A stretch of DNA of 60,605 nucleotides, the filler included. It is 5 parts of 5 records of this genome, joined end to end, with 100 filler letters (N's around TTAATTAATTAA, not from the genome) between each part and the next. Parts side by side here need not be neighbours in the genome. Positions count along the whole stretch, not along the records: positions 23,646 to 46,230 come from SRR31156797_17439; positions 46,331 to 54,198 come from SRR31156797_17444; 3 more parts are not named here. One strand, written 5' to 3'. Positions within the stretch are counted from its first letter, which is position 1, and every line of letters begins with the position of its first letter. The notes under the pieces are model-generated. The model was given only the letters and a program-made list of their open reading frames with translations, did no database searches and had not been told where the DNA came from. The translations under genes and the position numbers were made by a program. This document shows, piece after piece, positions 41,034-50,372 of this stretch.

Positions 41034-41609
41034 GTGTTTATCGAGACTCAGAGACTTGTTTTAAGGCCCCTGAAGCAAAGTGACGCCGGATTTCTTGCCG
41101 GTATGATGAAAGATCCTGATGTTTACCGCTATATCCTCAAGCAGGAGCCGTGGTCTGAAAGCAAGATAGATTCGCTTCTGCAAAGACAGGAAAATCTGTT
41201 TGAGCAGCACGGCTATAGCCTTTTTGTCGTGCAGATGAAGGGCAGTGGAGCATTTACCGGATATTGCGGGGTGCAACCGCTGGAAGATTTTTCCGAATCC
41301 TTGCATAGCGAGGTCGGTATCAGCTGGGTTTTTCAAAAGGATTATTGGGGAGCGGGGCTGGCAACGGAATCCGCTTCCGCCTTTCTGGATTATGTCTACC
41401 TCAAAACGAATCTTCAGGGTATAAAAGCCCTCATCCATCCGGCTAATCGCGGCTCCATGCGTGTTGCATCCAAGCTTGGTTTTGAATTTGATGACCTTGT
41501 CTTTCGTAACGGCAGGTTGCGGGTAATGTATTCGCATCTGAAAGAAAAGTATTGTAACGAACCTTTCTTTCCCTGTGAACAAACTGTGGATTGCTTACGG
41601 CCCGGATAG
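41034..41609 (+). CDS. GNAT (RimJ/RimL-type) acetyltransferase
   Basis: IETQRLVLRP, YWGAGLATE and NRGSMRVASKLGF. Confidence 0.85.
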   Translation: MFIETQRLVLRPLKQSDAGFLAGMMKDPDVYRYILKQEPWSESKIDSLLQRQENLFEQHGYSLFVVQMKGSGAFTGYCGVQPLEDFSESLHSEVGISWVFQKDYWGAGLATESASAFLDYVYLKTNLQGIKALIHPANRGSMRVASKLGFEFDDLVFRNGRLRVMYSHLKEKYCNEPFFPCEQTVDCLRPG

Positions 41610-41722
41610 GTCTAGCTTTATTGGGTGAGTGTTCAATTTGTGGATTGACTGTTTAAGCCCTGCGGGGCTTGAGCTGATCTCATAGCCTGATACCGATATA
41701 TAAATAATTTACAATTCTCGGG

Positions 41723-41751
41723 TTGACCTTTGTCTGGCAGGGGAGTATTAC
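41723..41751 (+). promoter_or_regulatory. sigma70-type promoter candidate for pssA-leuACD
   Basis: TTGACC-N17-TATTAC. Confidence 0.45.
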
Positions 41752-41877
41752 CTGTTTTCAGAACGCGGTTACAGGCTTGTTGCCAACCGAACATTTTGAC
41801 CCTCACGGGTTAGGTTAAGTTAAAAAATTAATACGATTCTACTGGAATTTATTTTTAAATCAGTTTAAGTATTTCAC

Positions 41878-42645
41878 ATGGCAAAGGAAAAAAGAATACC
41901 AAAGCACAAGGGCGTATACATTCTGCCCAACCTTCTTACCGTGTCGAGCCTGTTTTGTGGGTTCCTCGCGATGAACTGGGTTGTGGAAGGTGCATACGAG
42001 ATGAGTGCTGTCGCCATCCTGGTGAGCTGTCTCTTCGACGGTCTCGACGGAAAGGTGGCCAGGTTGACCGGAACCAGCAGTGAATTCGGCGTACAGCTCG
42101 ATTCCCTCGCTGATGCGGTTGCCTTTGGTGTTACTCCTGCGTTCATGGTTTACCACTGGCAACTTCACCAGTTCGGAAGATTGGGTATGCTGGCAGCCTT
42201 CTTGTTGATGGCTTGCGGTGTACTTAGACTCGCTCGTTTCAATGTTCAGGCTGGAACAACCTCCAAGGCCCATTTCATAGGTCTGCCCATTCCTGCGGCA
42301 GGTTGTACCTTGTCTTCTTTGATTCTGTTTGCCCCTTATATCCCTGAGAATCTCGCACAGAGTGTACTGCCTATGTTCACTCTGGTGCTTGTATATTGCC
42401 TCGCATTTCTGATGGTGAGTACCGTCCGCTATAATTCTTTTAAAGAATTTGGTGTGTTCAAAGCTCATCCCTTCAGTTCCATGGTTACCGTTATTGCGCT
42501 CTTTACCATGGTTGCCTCTCAGCCCAAGTTTTTGGGCTTCGTGATCTTTGCCGGATACATTATTTCCGGTCCTATTTATACTATTTTTATTCTATCCCGC
42601 AGAAGCAATAAGCTACTAGGAAAGTCCTCCAAAGAATTGTCATAA
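41878..42645 (+). CDS. pssA: CDP-diacylglycerol--serine O-phosphatidyltransferase
   Basis: LPNLLT, DGLDGKVAR...FGVQLDSLADAVAFGVTP, LRLARFN and FIGLPIP. Confidence 0.95.
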   Translation: MAKEKRIPKHKGVYILPNLLTVSSLFCGFLAMNWVVEGAYEMSAVAILVSCLFDGLDGKVARLTGTSSEFGVQLDSLADAVAFGVTPAFMVYHWQLHQFGRLGMLAAFLLMACGVLRLARFNVQAGTTSKAHFIGLPIPAAGCTLSSLILFAPYIPENLAQSVLPMFTLVLVYCLAFLMVSTVRYNSFKEFGVFKAHPFSSMVTVIALFTMVASQPKFLGFVIFAGYIISGPIYTIFILSRRSNKLLGKSSKELS

Positions 42646-42804
42646 GCTTTTCGCAAGGTAGTTCTACAACTACACCCAGAATAAGCTTATACGGTACCAA
42701 AATTCTTTAGGGGACGGTAAATTACTAAGTAGTTTAACCTGTTTCACTGTTTTATTCCCCTCTTTTATTATACACTGCAAATATTCTGTACTTGCAGCCT
42801 TTTT
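42592..42804 (+). promoter_or_regulatory. Putative leucine-responsive attenuator using the pssA 3' end as leader
   Basis: Three in-frame CTA codons at 42592, 42613 and 42616. Alternative helices 42624-42638/42701-42715 versus 42709-42718/42746-42761. C/U-rich tract, then a hairpin plus T5 before the leuA RBS. Confidence 0.6.
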
Positions 42805-42818
42805 CTGGAGATAGATAA

Positions 42819-44366
42819 ATGTCTGATAAAGTTTACATTTTCGATACTACATTGCGTGATGGCGAGCAGTCCCCCGGTGCAACTATGAACATGGCCGAGA
42901 AAATCACCATGGCCCGCCAGTTGGAGAAGCTCGGCGTAGACATTATTGAAGCCGGGTTTCCCGCAGCAAGTCAGGGTGATTTTGAAGCCGTATCTGAAAT
43001 TGCTAGGTCTGTAGGAGACATTCAGGTTGCAGGTCTCTGCCGTGCACTGAAAGCGGATATTGACCGCGCTTTTGATGCAGTTAAGCATGCCAAGAACCCC
43101 AGAATCCATACCTTTGTTGCTACTTCTGATATCCACATGAAACACAAGTTCAACAAGGAACCGGATGAAATTCTGGAAATGGCTCGCAAGGCTGTGCGTC
43201 ACGCGGTTTCCCTGACCCCTAACGTTGAATTTTCCGCTGAAGACGCATCCCGTTCCCGCTGGGATTTTCTCGCTCAGGTTGTTGAGGTTGCTATTGCTGA
43301 AGGTGCAACGACCATCAACATTCCTGATACAGTAGGTTATGCTCAGCCTGACGAGTTCGGTAGATTGATCGAATACCTGATCAAAGAAGTTCCCAACAGT
43401 GACAAGGCTATCTTCAGCGTGCATTGTCACAATGATCTCGGATTGGCTTGTGCTAACACTCTGGCTGCTATTAAGGCCGGGGCACGTCAGGCTGAAGTAA
43501 CTCTCTCAGGTATTGGGGAGCGTGCAGGTAACGCTGCTTTGGAAGAAGTTATTATGGCCCTGCATACCCGCAAGGACTACTATGACGTAGAAACTTCCAT
43601 CCTCACCGAAGAGCTGTTCCCCTCCTGCCGCAGATTGGCGACTACCATTGGTCAGCCCATCTCACCATATAAGGCAATTGTAGGTGCTAACGCTTTTGCT
43701 CACGAGTCCGGCATTCATCAGGACGGCATGCTTAAGAATCGTCAGACTTACGAGATCATGACCCCTGAATCCATTGGTAAGAAGGGCACTTCTATTGTTA
43801 TCGGTAAACATTCCGGTAGAAATGCATTGGGCAGCAAGCTCAATGAAATGGGCTACCAGCTGGACGATGAGCAGATTGCACGCGTATTTAGCGCGGTGAA
43901 AGCTCTGGCTGATAAGAAAGAAGAAATTTTTGATGAGGACGTTGAAGCTCTCGTTCTTGAAGAGGCTTACCGTATTCATGACTTGTACCGGGTAAAAGAA
44001 CTCTCTGTCTTTTCCGGTACTGCCGGTGTCTCCCCGCACGCTGCAATCGTGCTGGAAGATTTCAGCAAGGATAAGGAATATCCGCAAACCATTCAGGAAG
44101 TTGGTTTCGGTGACGGTCCCATTAACGCTGTGTTCTCAACTATTAATAAGATGGTCGACAGGACACCTAAACTGGAACTTTATTCCGTAAACGCGGTTAC
44201 CGGCGGAACTGATGCGCAGGGTGCGGTTACGGTTCATATTACTGACAACGGTTTTAAATCAATCGGGCGCGGTTCTGACGAAGACATCATCGTCGCCAGT
44301 GCCAAAGCTTATGTCAACGCTATCAACAGGGTTGAACGCATGAAACAGGAGAAAAATAATGCCTAA
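42819..44366 (+). CDS. leuA: 2-isopropylmalate synthase
   Basis: FDTTLRDGEQSPG, HCHNDLG, GIGERAGN and AHESGIHQDG, plus the C-terminal regulatory domain. Confidence 0.97.
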   Translation: MSDKVYIFDTTLRDGEQSPGATMNMAEKITMARQLEKLGVDIIEAGFPAASQGDFEAVSEIARSVGDIQVAGLCRALKADIDRAFDAVKHAKNPRIHTFVATSDIHMKHKFNKEPDEILEMARKAVRHAVSLTPNVEFSAEDASRSRWDFLAQVVEVAIAEGATTINIPDTVGYAQPDEFGRLIEYLIKEVPNSDKAIFSVHCHNDLGLACANTLAAIKAGARQAEVTLSGIGERAGNAALEEVIMALHTRKDYYDVETSILTEELFPSCRRLATTIGQPISPYKAIVGANAFAHESGIHQDGMLKNRQTYEIMTPESIGKKGTSIVIGKHSGRNALGSKLNEMGYQLDDEQIARVFSAVKALADKKEEIFDEDVEALVLEEAYRIHDLYRVKELSVFSGTAGVSPHAAIVLEDFSKDKEYPQTIQEVGFGDGPINAVFSTINKMVDRTPKLELYSVNAVTGGTDAQGAVTVHITDNGFKSIGRGSDEDIIVASAKAYVNAINRVERMKQEKNNA

Positions 44367-45618
44367 AACTTTAGCTGAGAAAATTTTACAGGCTCATACC
44401 AACGAAACAGTGAAAGAGCCGGGTCAGATTGTTCGCTGCAATGTTTCCATGGTGCTGGCCAACGACATTACCGCTCCCCTTGCTATTAAATCATTCAGGG
44501 CCATGGGCGCGGATCAGGTCTTCGACAAGGACAAAGTTGCTCTTGTTTGTGATCACTTCACCCCAAACAAGGACATTGATTCTGCAGAGCAGGTCAAGGT
44601 TGTCCGCGAATTTGCCCATGAAAAGAACATCACCCATTATTATGAAGGCGGCGAAGTAGGCGTCGAGCACGCATTGCTGCCCGAGCTGGGTCTTGTCGGT
44701 CCTGCCGATATCGTAATCGGTGCCGACTCCCATACCTGTACTTATGGCGGCCTCGGCGCATTTGCCACTGGAATGGGCTCCACCGATATTGCAGGCGGTA
44801 TGGCTCTCGGTGAAACCTGGTTCAAGGTTCCCCCGACCATCAAAGTCGAAATTGAAGGTACTCCCGGCAAGTTTGTGGGCGCTAAGGATTACATCCTCAA
44901 CCTTATCGGCACCATTGGTGTTTCCGGTGCGCTGTACAAAGCTCTTGAGTTCAGCGGTTCTGTTGTGGACGATCTCTCTATCGAAGGTCGTATGACCATT
45001 GCCAACATGGCAATTGAAGCCGGCGGTAAGGTTGGTCTGTTCCCGGTTGACGCTAAGACTCTTGAATACTGTAAGGCCGCAGGCCGTACCGGTGACGTGG
45101 AAATGCGAGCTGATGAAGGCGCAAATTACGAGCGTGTGGTTAAGATCGATGTAACCGGTATGAAGCCTCAGATTGCTTGTCCGCATCTGCCCGATAACGT
45201 CAAGCCTGTTGACGAAGTAAAGGACATGAGAATTCATCAGGCTGTAATCGGTTCCTGCACCAACGGTCGTATCGAAGACCTGCGCGAAGCTGCTGCCATT
45301 TTGAAAGGTCGCAAGGCTGATAAGAACGTGCGTCTGATCGTACTGCCCGCAACTCCGAATATCTGGAAGCAGGCTCTGCGCGAAGGTCTCATTGAAACCT
45401 TCATGGAATCAGGAGCCATCGTAGGACCCGCAACCTGCGGTCCCTGTCTCGGCGGTCACATGGGTATCCTCGCGGGTGGTGAAAAAGCAATTGCCACCAC
45501 CAACCGTAACTTCAAAGGCCGCATGGGTAGCCTCGAGAGTGAAGTTTTCCTTTCCAGCCCTGCTGTAGCAGCAGCGTCTGCAATCACCGGTATCATCACT
45601 GACCCCGAAGCCTTATAA
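44359..45618 (+). CDS. leuC: 3-isopropylmalate dehydratase large subunit (short LeuC/HacA type)
   Basis: GADSHTCTYG, IGSCTNGR, CGPCLG and NRNFKGRMG. Confidence 0.95.
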   Translation: MPKTLAEKILQAHTNETVKEPGQIVRCNVSMVLANDITAPLAIKSFRAMGADQVFDKDKVALVCDHFTPNKDIDSAEQVKVVREFAHEKNITHYYEGGEVGVEHALLPELGLVGPADIVIGADSHTCTYGGLGAFATGMGSTDIAGGMALGETWFKVPPTIKVEIEGTPGKFVGAKDYILNLIGTIGVSGALYKALEFSGSVVDDLSIEGRMTIANMAIEAGGKVGLFPVDAKTLEYCKAAGRTGDVEMRADEGANYERVVKIDVTGMKPQIACPHLPDNVKPVDEVKDMRIHQAVIGSCTNGRIEDLREAAAILKGRKADKNVRLIVLPATPNIWKQALREGLIETFMESGAIVGPATCGPCLGGHMGILAGGEKAIATTNRNFKGRMGSLESEVFLSSPAVAAASAITGIITDPEAL

Positions 45619-45636
45619 GAATAGGAGAATTTAAAT

Positions 45637-46131
45637 ATGTCTATCAAAGGAACAGCACACAGAGTCGGGGCGCATATCGATACTGATGCCATCATCCCGG
45701 CCCGTTTTCTGGTTACTACCGATCCTGTTGAACTCGGTGCCAACTGCATGGAAGGTCTTGAAGAAGGCTGGATTAAGCGTGTTAAAAAGAATGATATCAT
45801 GGTTGCCGATGAGAATTTCGGTTGCGGTTCTTCCCGTGAACATGCTCCTATCTCACTGCTCGGTGCCGGGATTCCGGTTGTTGTAGCGAAAAGTTTTGCT
45901 CGCATTTTTTATCGTAATGGTTTCAACATGGGGCTCATTCTTCTCGAAGTTGGTGATGATTTCGAGAAACTCGGTGATGGCGATCAGCTTGAAGTTGATG
46001 CCGAAAAGGGTGAAATCAAGAACGTAACCACTGGCGAAACCATCACTTGCGCTCCGGTTCCCCCATTCATGAAAGGCATCCTCGATTGCGGTGGACTGGT
46101 CGAATACGTGAAAGATCGTCTTTCTAAATAA
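45637..46131 (+). CDS. leuD: 3-isopropylmalate dehydratase small subunit
   Basis: [23 protein letters not shown] and SFARIFYRN. Confidence 0.95.
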   Translation: MSIKGTAHRVGAHIDTDAIIPARFLVTTDPVELGANCMEGLEEGWIKRVKKNDIMVADENFGCGSSREHAPISLLGAGIPVVVAKSFARIFYRNGFNMGLILLEVGDDFEKLGDGDQLEVDAEKGEIKNVTTGETITCAPVPPFMKGILDCGGLVEYVKDRLSK

Positions 46132-46171
46132 GATCAAACCGTTCATAGAGAGCGATTTTAACACTCCGGTA

Positions 46172-46230
46172 GCGAAGCTTATTAAAAGTTTTTGGGATTA
46201 TTAAACCCTTTTTACAAAAAGGGTTTAAGC
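46172..46230. repeat. Palindromic intergenic repeat at contig end
   Basis: Shares a ~29-nt block with 28936-28964 and contains the hairpin TTAAACCCTTTTT-ac-AAAAAGGGTTTAA. Confidence 0.7.
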
Positions 46231-46330
46231 NNNNNNNNNNNNNNNNNNNNNNNNNNNNNNNNNNNNNNNNNNNNTTAATTAATTAANNNNNNNNNNNNNN
46301 NNNNNNNNNNNNNNNNNNNNNNNNNNNNNN
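46231..46330. other. Artificial contig spacer
   Basis: N44-TTAATTAATTAA-N44. Confidence 0.99.
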
Positions 46331-47285
46331 GCTTAAACGGGCCGGGAATCCAGAAATATGTTGTAGCTTCGTCAAATTCTTCTTCAACCTCAAGCCGTTC
46401 CATGTTGTATTCAGGCGATATCTTGAGGTTTCGCATAATCTCCTTTCTGGAAACCGGGTTGGTGAATTTCACGTTTATTCCGCTTTCCGGATCAAAAGGA
46501 GAATCCTTTCTCATTCTATATCCGGTTATCTCCACTATTTTTAACGGGCCGTAAGTTCGAAATGGGGTGCGGAAGGCCTTGGCCGACGGAATCGGGCCGG
46601 TGGAAGACTTTAGCCCCCTGCCGATAATAAGGTCGAACCCGGTATTGGGCGTCATGTTCTTAATCGGAGATACAATGGCGTTCCAATAGCCGCCAACTCT
46701 GCGTCGGGCGTTGGCCCTTGTGTCTTCAATAACCGAGCACCTGTATTTCTTACCTTTTTCGGTTAGAAAATAGGCTTTTGATTTCAGTGATTCAATATCA
46801 ATGGGTTGGTTGAAGGAGAGGCGAATTTCCGGTTTAAGGCTGAGTCCCTTGCTTTTTGGCCGTGGATAAGTTCTTAAAAGGGTGATGGAAGGCAGTTTGA
46901 AAACTGATTTGACCGGCTGCTGCAGGACAGCGCCGGACAAGGACATGGTCCCGGCTTTCACCGTCATCTCTCCCTGGAACGATCCTTCCAGCGGTTTTGA
47001 GGGTTCAAAAACAAGGGTGTATACATTCAACCACCTGTATTGTCCCTTTAAAGACGGCTTTATAACCAGCGGCGACGAGGCCTTGTCCTGGGCCATTTCT
47101 CCAAGTGCAATCATGGGTTGATTGAAAGTGACGGTAAACTGCTTGACCCTCTGCACATTTCCGGAAGGGTGCATGGTCAGAACGCGCAGCGTCTCCGGAC
47201 TTTCAGCCCGTGAGGGAATGGAGTGGACGAGTAGAATGAAAAAACAGACAAAAAAAACAAGCAGCGGATTAATTCGCCTAAACAT
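46331..47285 (-). CDS. Secreted Ig-like repeat protein, probably the N-terminus of a bacterial alpha-2-macroglobulin (3' truncated)
   Basis: Signal peptide; repeated VTFNQPM / LSFNQPID / VKFTNPV strands; PSLKGQYRWLNVYTLVFEP. Confidence 0.65.
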
Positions 47286-47586
47286 TATATGACCCTCCTC
47301 ACTCTGGTCGGTGCGGCCGGATTTCTATTAATTGTAAATAACCTGCGCCCGCGGATAAGCTTATTGAGTTTATCATATGCCGGTATGTAAATCCCGGCAA
47401 CCGCTTAATATCATGTTTTATGGTTTGGCCATGAATTGCAAGTTATTAAATGACTAAATAATGGAGTTCTGTTTGACTGAAAGGGACCCAATGGATTAGT
47501 ATGGTCTTGAAAGTACAAAAATATCCGATTATCGCAGAGGTTGAACACACATCTCGAATTGGCTGATGCAAAGCCGGGACTGGTAA

Positions 47587-48792
47587 ATGGTGTCTGAGCA
47601 AAAATCGAAAAACGGGAAAAGCGGAAAAGCAGCGGTTATATTTCTGACTTTATTGGTACTGGTTGGCGGCGCCGGTTATTATTACTGGACTCGAGGCCGG
47701 GTTTCTACTGACGACGCTTATATTGAAGGCCGGATTTATACGTTATCGCCGCGTGTTTCGGGGTATGTTGAAGAAATTTTTGTGGAAGACGACCAACTTG
47801 TCGAGACGGGTCAAACGCTGTTGGCTCTCGATACCAGTGAATTCAAGGTAGCCCTGGCCGAGGCAAGGGCGGTGGAGGCCGAAGCCCGGGCCACCTTGGT
47901 GTCAATGAAATTAGGCGTTCCATTGGAATTGAATCAAACCGCCCAAAGGGTGCGCGGCGCCCGGGCCAGCCTGGAACGCGTCCTTCAGACCATCCAGATG
48001 GTCCAGAAAGAGTTGGAAGCGGCCTCTCACGGCGTTGTTCGGGCCAGGGTTGACAGGAAGAAATGTCTTCTGGATTTGAAGCGAATGGAGAAGCTGAAAA
48101 AGAGCGGTGCGGCGGCCGGTTCAGATTATGACGGCGTGAAAACCAGGTACGAGGCCGGCCAGGCCGAATTGAGAGCAGCCATTGCCAGGCGCGATGGTGT
48201 GGCGAAAAGGTTGTCTTCACTTGAATCGGATCTTGAAAGAATGGAGGCCAATATTGTCCTGGCCGCCTCCGGGGAGGATCTGGCTTCGATAAAATCCAGC
48301 CAGGTCGAGGCCCAGCAGGCCAGGGTGGATCTGGCCCGGGCCCGAGTGGAACAGGCCTTGCTGGACCTGGCCCACACAAAATTGAAGTCCCCCGGCCGGG
48401 GATATATCACCAGAAAAAGAATTGAAGTCGGCCAGATGGTTTCCAAAGGCCAACCCTTGCTGGCCGTGGTGTCGTTAAGCGAAGAAGACATCTGGGTGAC
48501 GGCCAATTTAAAGGAAACCCAACTCACGCATGTTCGGCCGGGTCAACTAGTCGATATTGCCGTCGATACTTATCCGGACCTGAAGCTGAAAGGGAAGGTG
48601 GCCTCAATTATGGCCGGGACGGGTTCGGCTTTTTCATTGTTTCCTCCGGAAAACGCCACCGGCAACTTTGTCAAGGTGGTTCAACGCGTACCGGTCAAGA
48701 TAGTTTTCAATCACGAACAGGGAGACCGCTTGCCTGCCTTACGGTTGGGGATGAGCGTTGTGGTCGCCATTCGCGGGGATGATAAAAACTGA
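47587..48792 (+). CDS. HlyD/EmrA-family membrane fusion protein
   Basis: STDDAYI, ANLKETQL and GSAFSLFPPENATGNFVKVVQRVPVKI. Confidence 0.93.
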   Translation: MVSEQKSKNGKSGKAAVIFLTLLVLVGGAGYYYWTRGRVSTDDAYIEGRIYTLSPRVSGYVEEIFVEDDQLVETGQTLLALDTSEFKVALAEARAVEAEARATLVSMKLGVPLELNQTAQRVRGARASLERVLQTIQMVQKELEAASHGVVRARVDRKKCLLDLKRMEKLKKSGAAAGSDYDGVKTRYEAGQAELRAAIARRDGVAKRLSSLESDLERMEANIVLAASGEDLASIKSSQVEAQQARVDLARARVEQALLDLAHTKLKSPGRGYITRKRIEVGQMVSKGQPLLAVVSLSEEDIWVTANLKETQLTHVRPGQLVDIAVDTYPDLKLKGKVASIMAGTGSAFSLFPPENATGNFVKVVQRVPVKIVFNHEQGDRLPALRLGMSVVVAIRGDDKN

Positions 48793-48798
48793 TCCGGC

Positions 48799-50358
48799 AT
48801 GGAACCTCGGCCGGTAAATAAATGGCTTGTCACCGCCGCGGTGATGATTCCCACCATGATCCAGATTCTGGACACCAGCGTCGTCAATGTTTCCTTGAAC
48901 ACTATCCAGGGCAACCTGTCGGCCAACCGGGAAACCGTCACCTGGGCCGTGACCTCGTACCTGGTGGCCAATGCCGTGGTCATCCCCATGAGCGGCTGGC
49001 TGGCCAGGCTTATGGGGCGTAAAAAATACCTCATGGCCTCGGTGGTTATTTTCACACTGGCTTCGGGGCTTTGCGGGGCCGCGGCCAGCCTGACCCAACT
49101 GATTGTGTTTAGAGTGCTCCAGGGCCTGGGCGGAGGCGGATTGCAGCCCATGAGCGTGGCTATTCTCATGGAAGCTTTTCCGCCCAGGGAACGCGGCATG
49201 GCCATGTCCATCTTCGGCATGGGCGCGGTTCTCGGCCCCATAATGGGGCCCATACTGGGCGGATACCTGACAGACCATTATTCCTGGCGTTGGGTGTTTT
49301 ATATCAATCTGCCCATTGGCATTCTGGGCCTGGCCATGATTTACGCTTTTGTGTTCGACCCGTCATACCAGGAATTGCGTAAAAAAGGCGAGCCGGTGGA
49401 CTACCTCGGGCTGGTTCTGCTCTGCCTGGGACTGGGATGTCTCCAGGTTGTGGCGGATAGGGGAGAGCAGTATAGCTGGTTCGAATCCGACCTTGTCCTG
49501 GCGATGTTGATGATTTCAATAATCAGTATTATACTTTTTGTCTGGTGGGAAGGACGGCGCGAACAGCCCATTCTGGATCTTTCCATATTAAAGGACAGAA
49601 GTTTTTTCGTCGCCAACGCCGTCATGTTTTGGGGATTCTTCGCCTTTTTCGGTTCGAGCATTCTGTTGCCCCTGTACCTGCAGGGCCTGATGGGATATAA
49701 TGCTTTCCTGGCCGGAATGGTTCTCGGTCCCGGCGGTCTGGCGTCGTTGGTTATGATGCCCCTGGCCGGAAAACTGATCGAGCGGCTGGACGCCCGCGTT
49801 TTACTCAGCTTTGGCCTTTTAATCTGCGCCTATTCCTTATTCCAGATGGCCAATTTCAACCTGTCAATAGATGCGGGCGCGGCAATCTCCGCCCGGGTAG
49901 TGCAGAGCGTAGGCGTGGCTTTCTTTTTCGTGCCCCTGTCATTTTTGGCCATGGCGAATATTGAAAACGAGAAAATGAACAATGCCTCGGCCATTTTCAA
50001 CCTGGTAAGAAATATGGGCGGCGCTTACGGCGTGGCGTTTGTCTCCACGCTTCTGGCCCGCAGAACCCAGTTTCATCAAAGCCGTCTGACCGAGCATCTG
50101 ACCCCTTTCGACCCGGCCCTCATGATCCGGCTGGAACAGCTTAAAGCTGGATTGGCCCGGAAGCTTGGCGCACTGGTCGACCAGACGCACCTGGCGGAAA
50201 GCATGATCTACCAGGCGCTTCAACGGGAAGCCGCCGTCATGTCGTTCTGCGACGCCTATTATGTCCAGGCCGTAATGATGATCGGCCTGGCCGTCTTGTC
50301 ATTTGTCATCCCCAGGGCCGCCCAGGAAGCAGTCCGGGTGGAGTTTGACGGGCACTAA
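48799..50358 (+). CDS. DHA2 (EmrB/QacA) MFS efflux permease
   Basis: LDTSVVNVSL, FRVLQGLGGG, GPILGGYL and WRWVFYINLPIG. Confidence 0.93.
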   Translation: MEPRPVNKWLVTAAVMIPTMIQILDTSVVNVSLNTIQGNLSANRETVTWAVTSYLVANAVVIPMSGWLARLMGRKKYLMASVVIFTLASGLCGAAASLTQLIVFRVLQGLGGGGLQPMSVAILMEAFPPRERGMAMSIFGMGAVLGPIMGPILGGYLTDHYSWRWVFYINLPIGILGLAMIYAFVFDPSYQELRKKGEPVDYLGLVLLCLGLGCLQVVADRGEQYSWFESDLVLAMLMISIISIILFVWWEGRREQPILDLSILKDRSFFVANAVMFWGFFAFFGSSILLPLYLQGLMGYNAFLAGMVLGPGGLASLVMMPLAGKLIERLDARVLLSFGLLICAYSLFQMANFNLSIDAGAAISARVVQSVGVAFFFVPLSFLAMANIENEKMNNASAIFNLVRNMGGAYGVAFVSTLLARRTQFHQSRLTEHLTPFDPALMIRLEQLKAGLARKLGALVDQTHLAESMIYQALQREAAVMSFCDAYYVQAVMMIGLAVLSFVIPRAAQEAVRVEFDGH

Positions 50359-50372
50359 TCCTTGTTAGCAGG

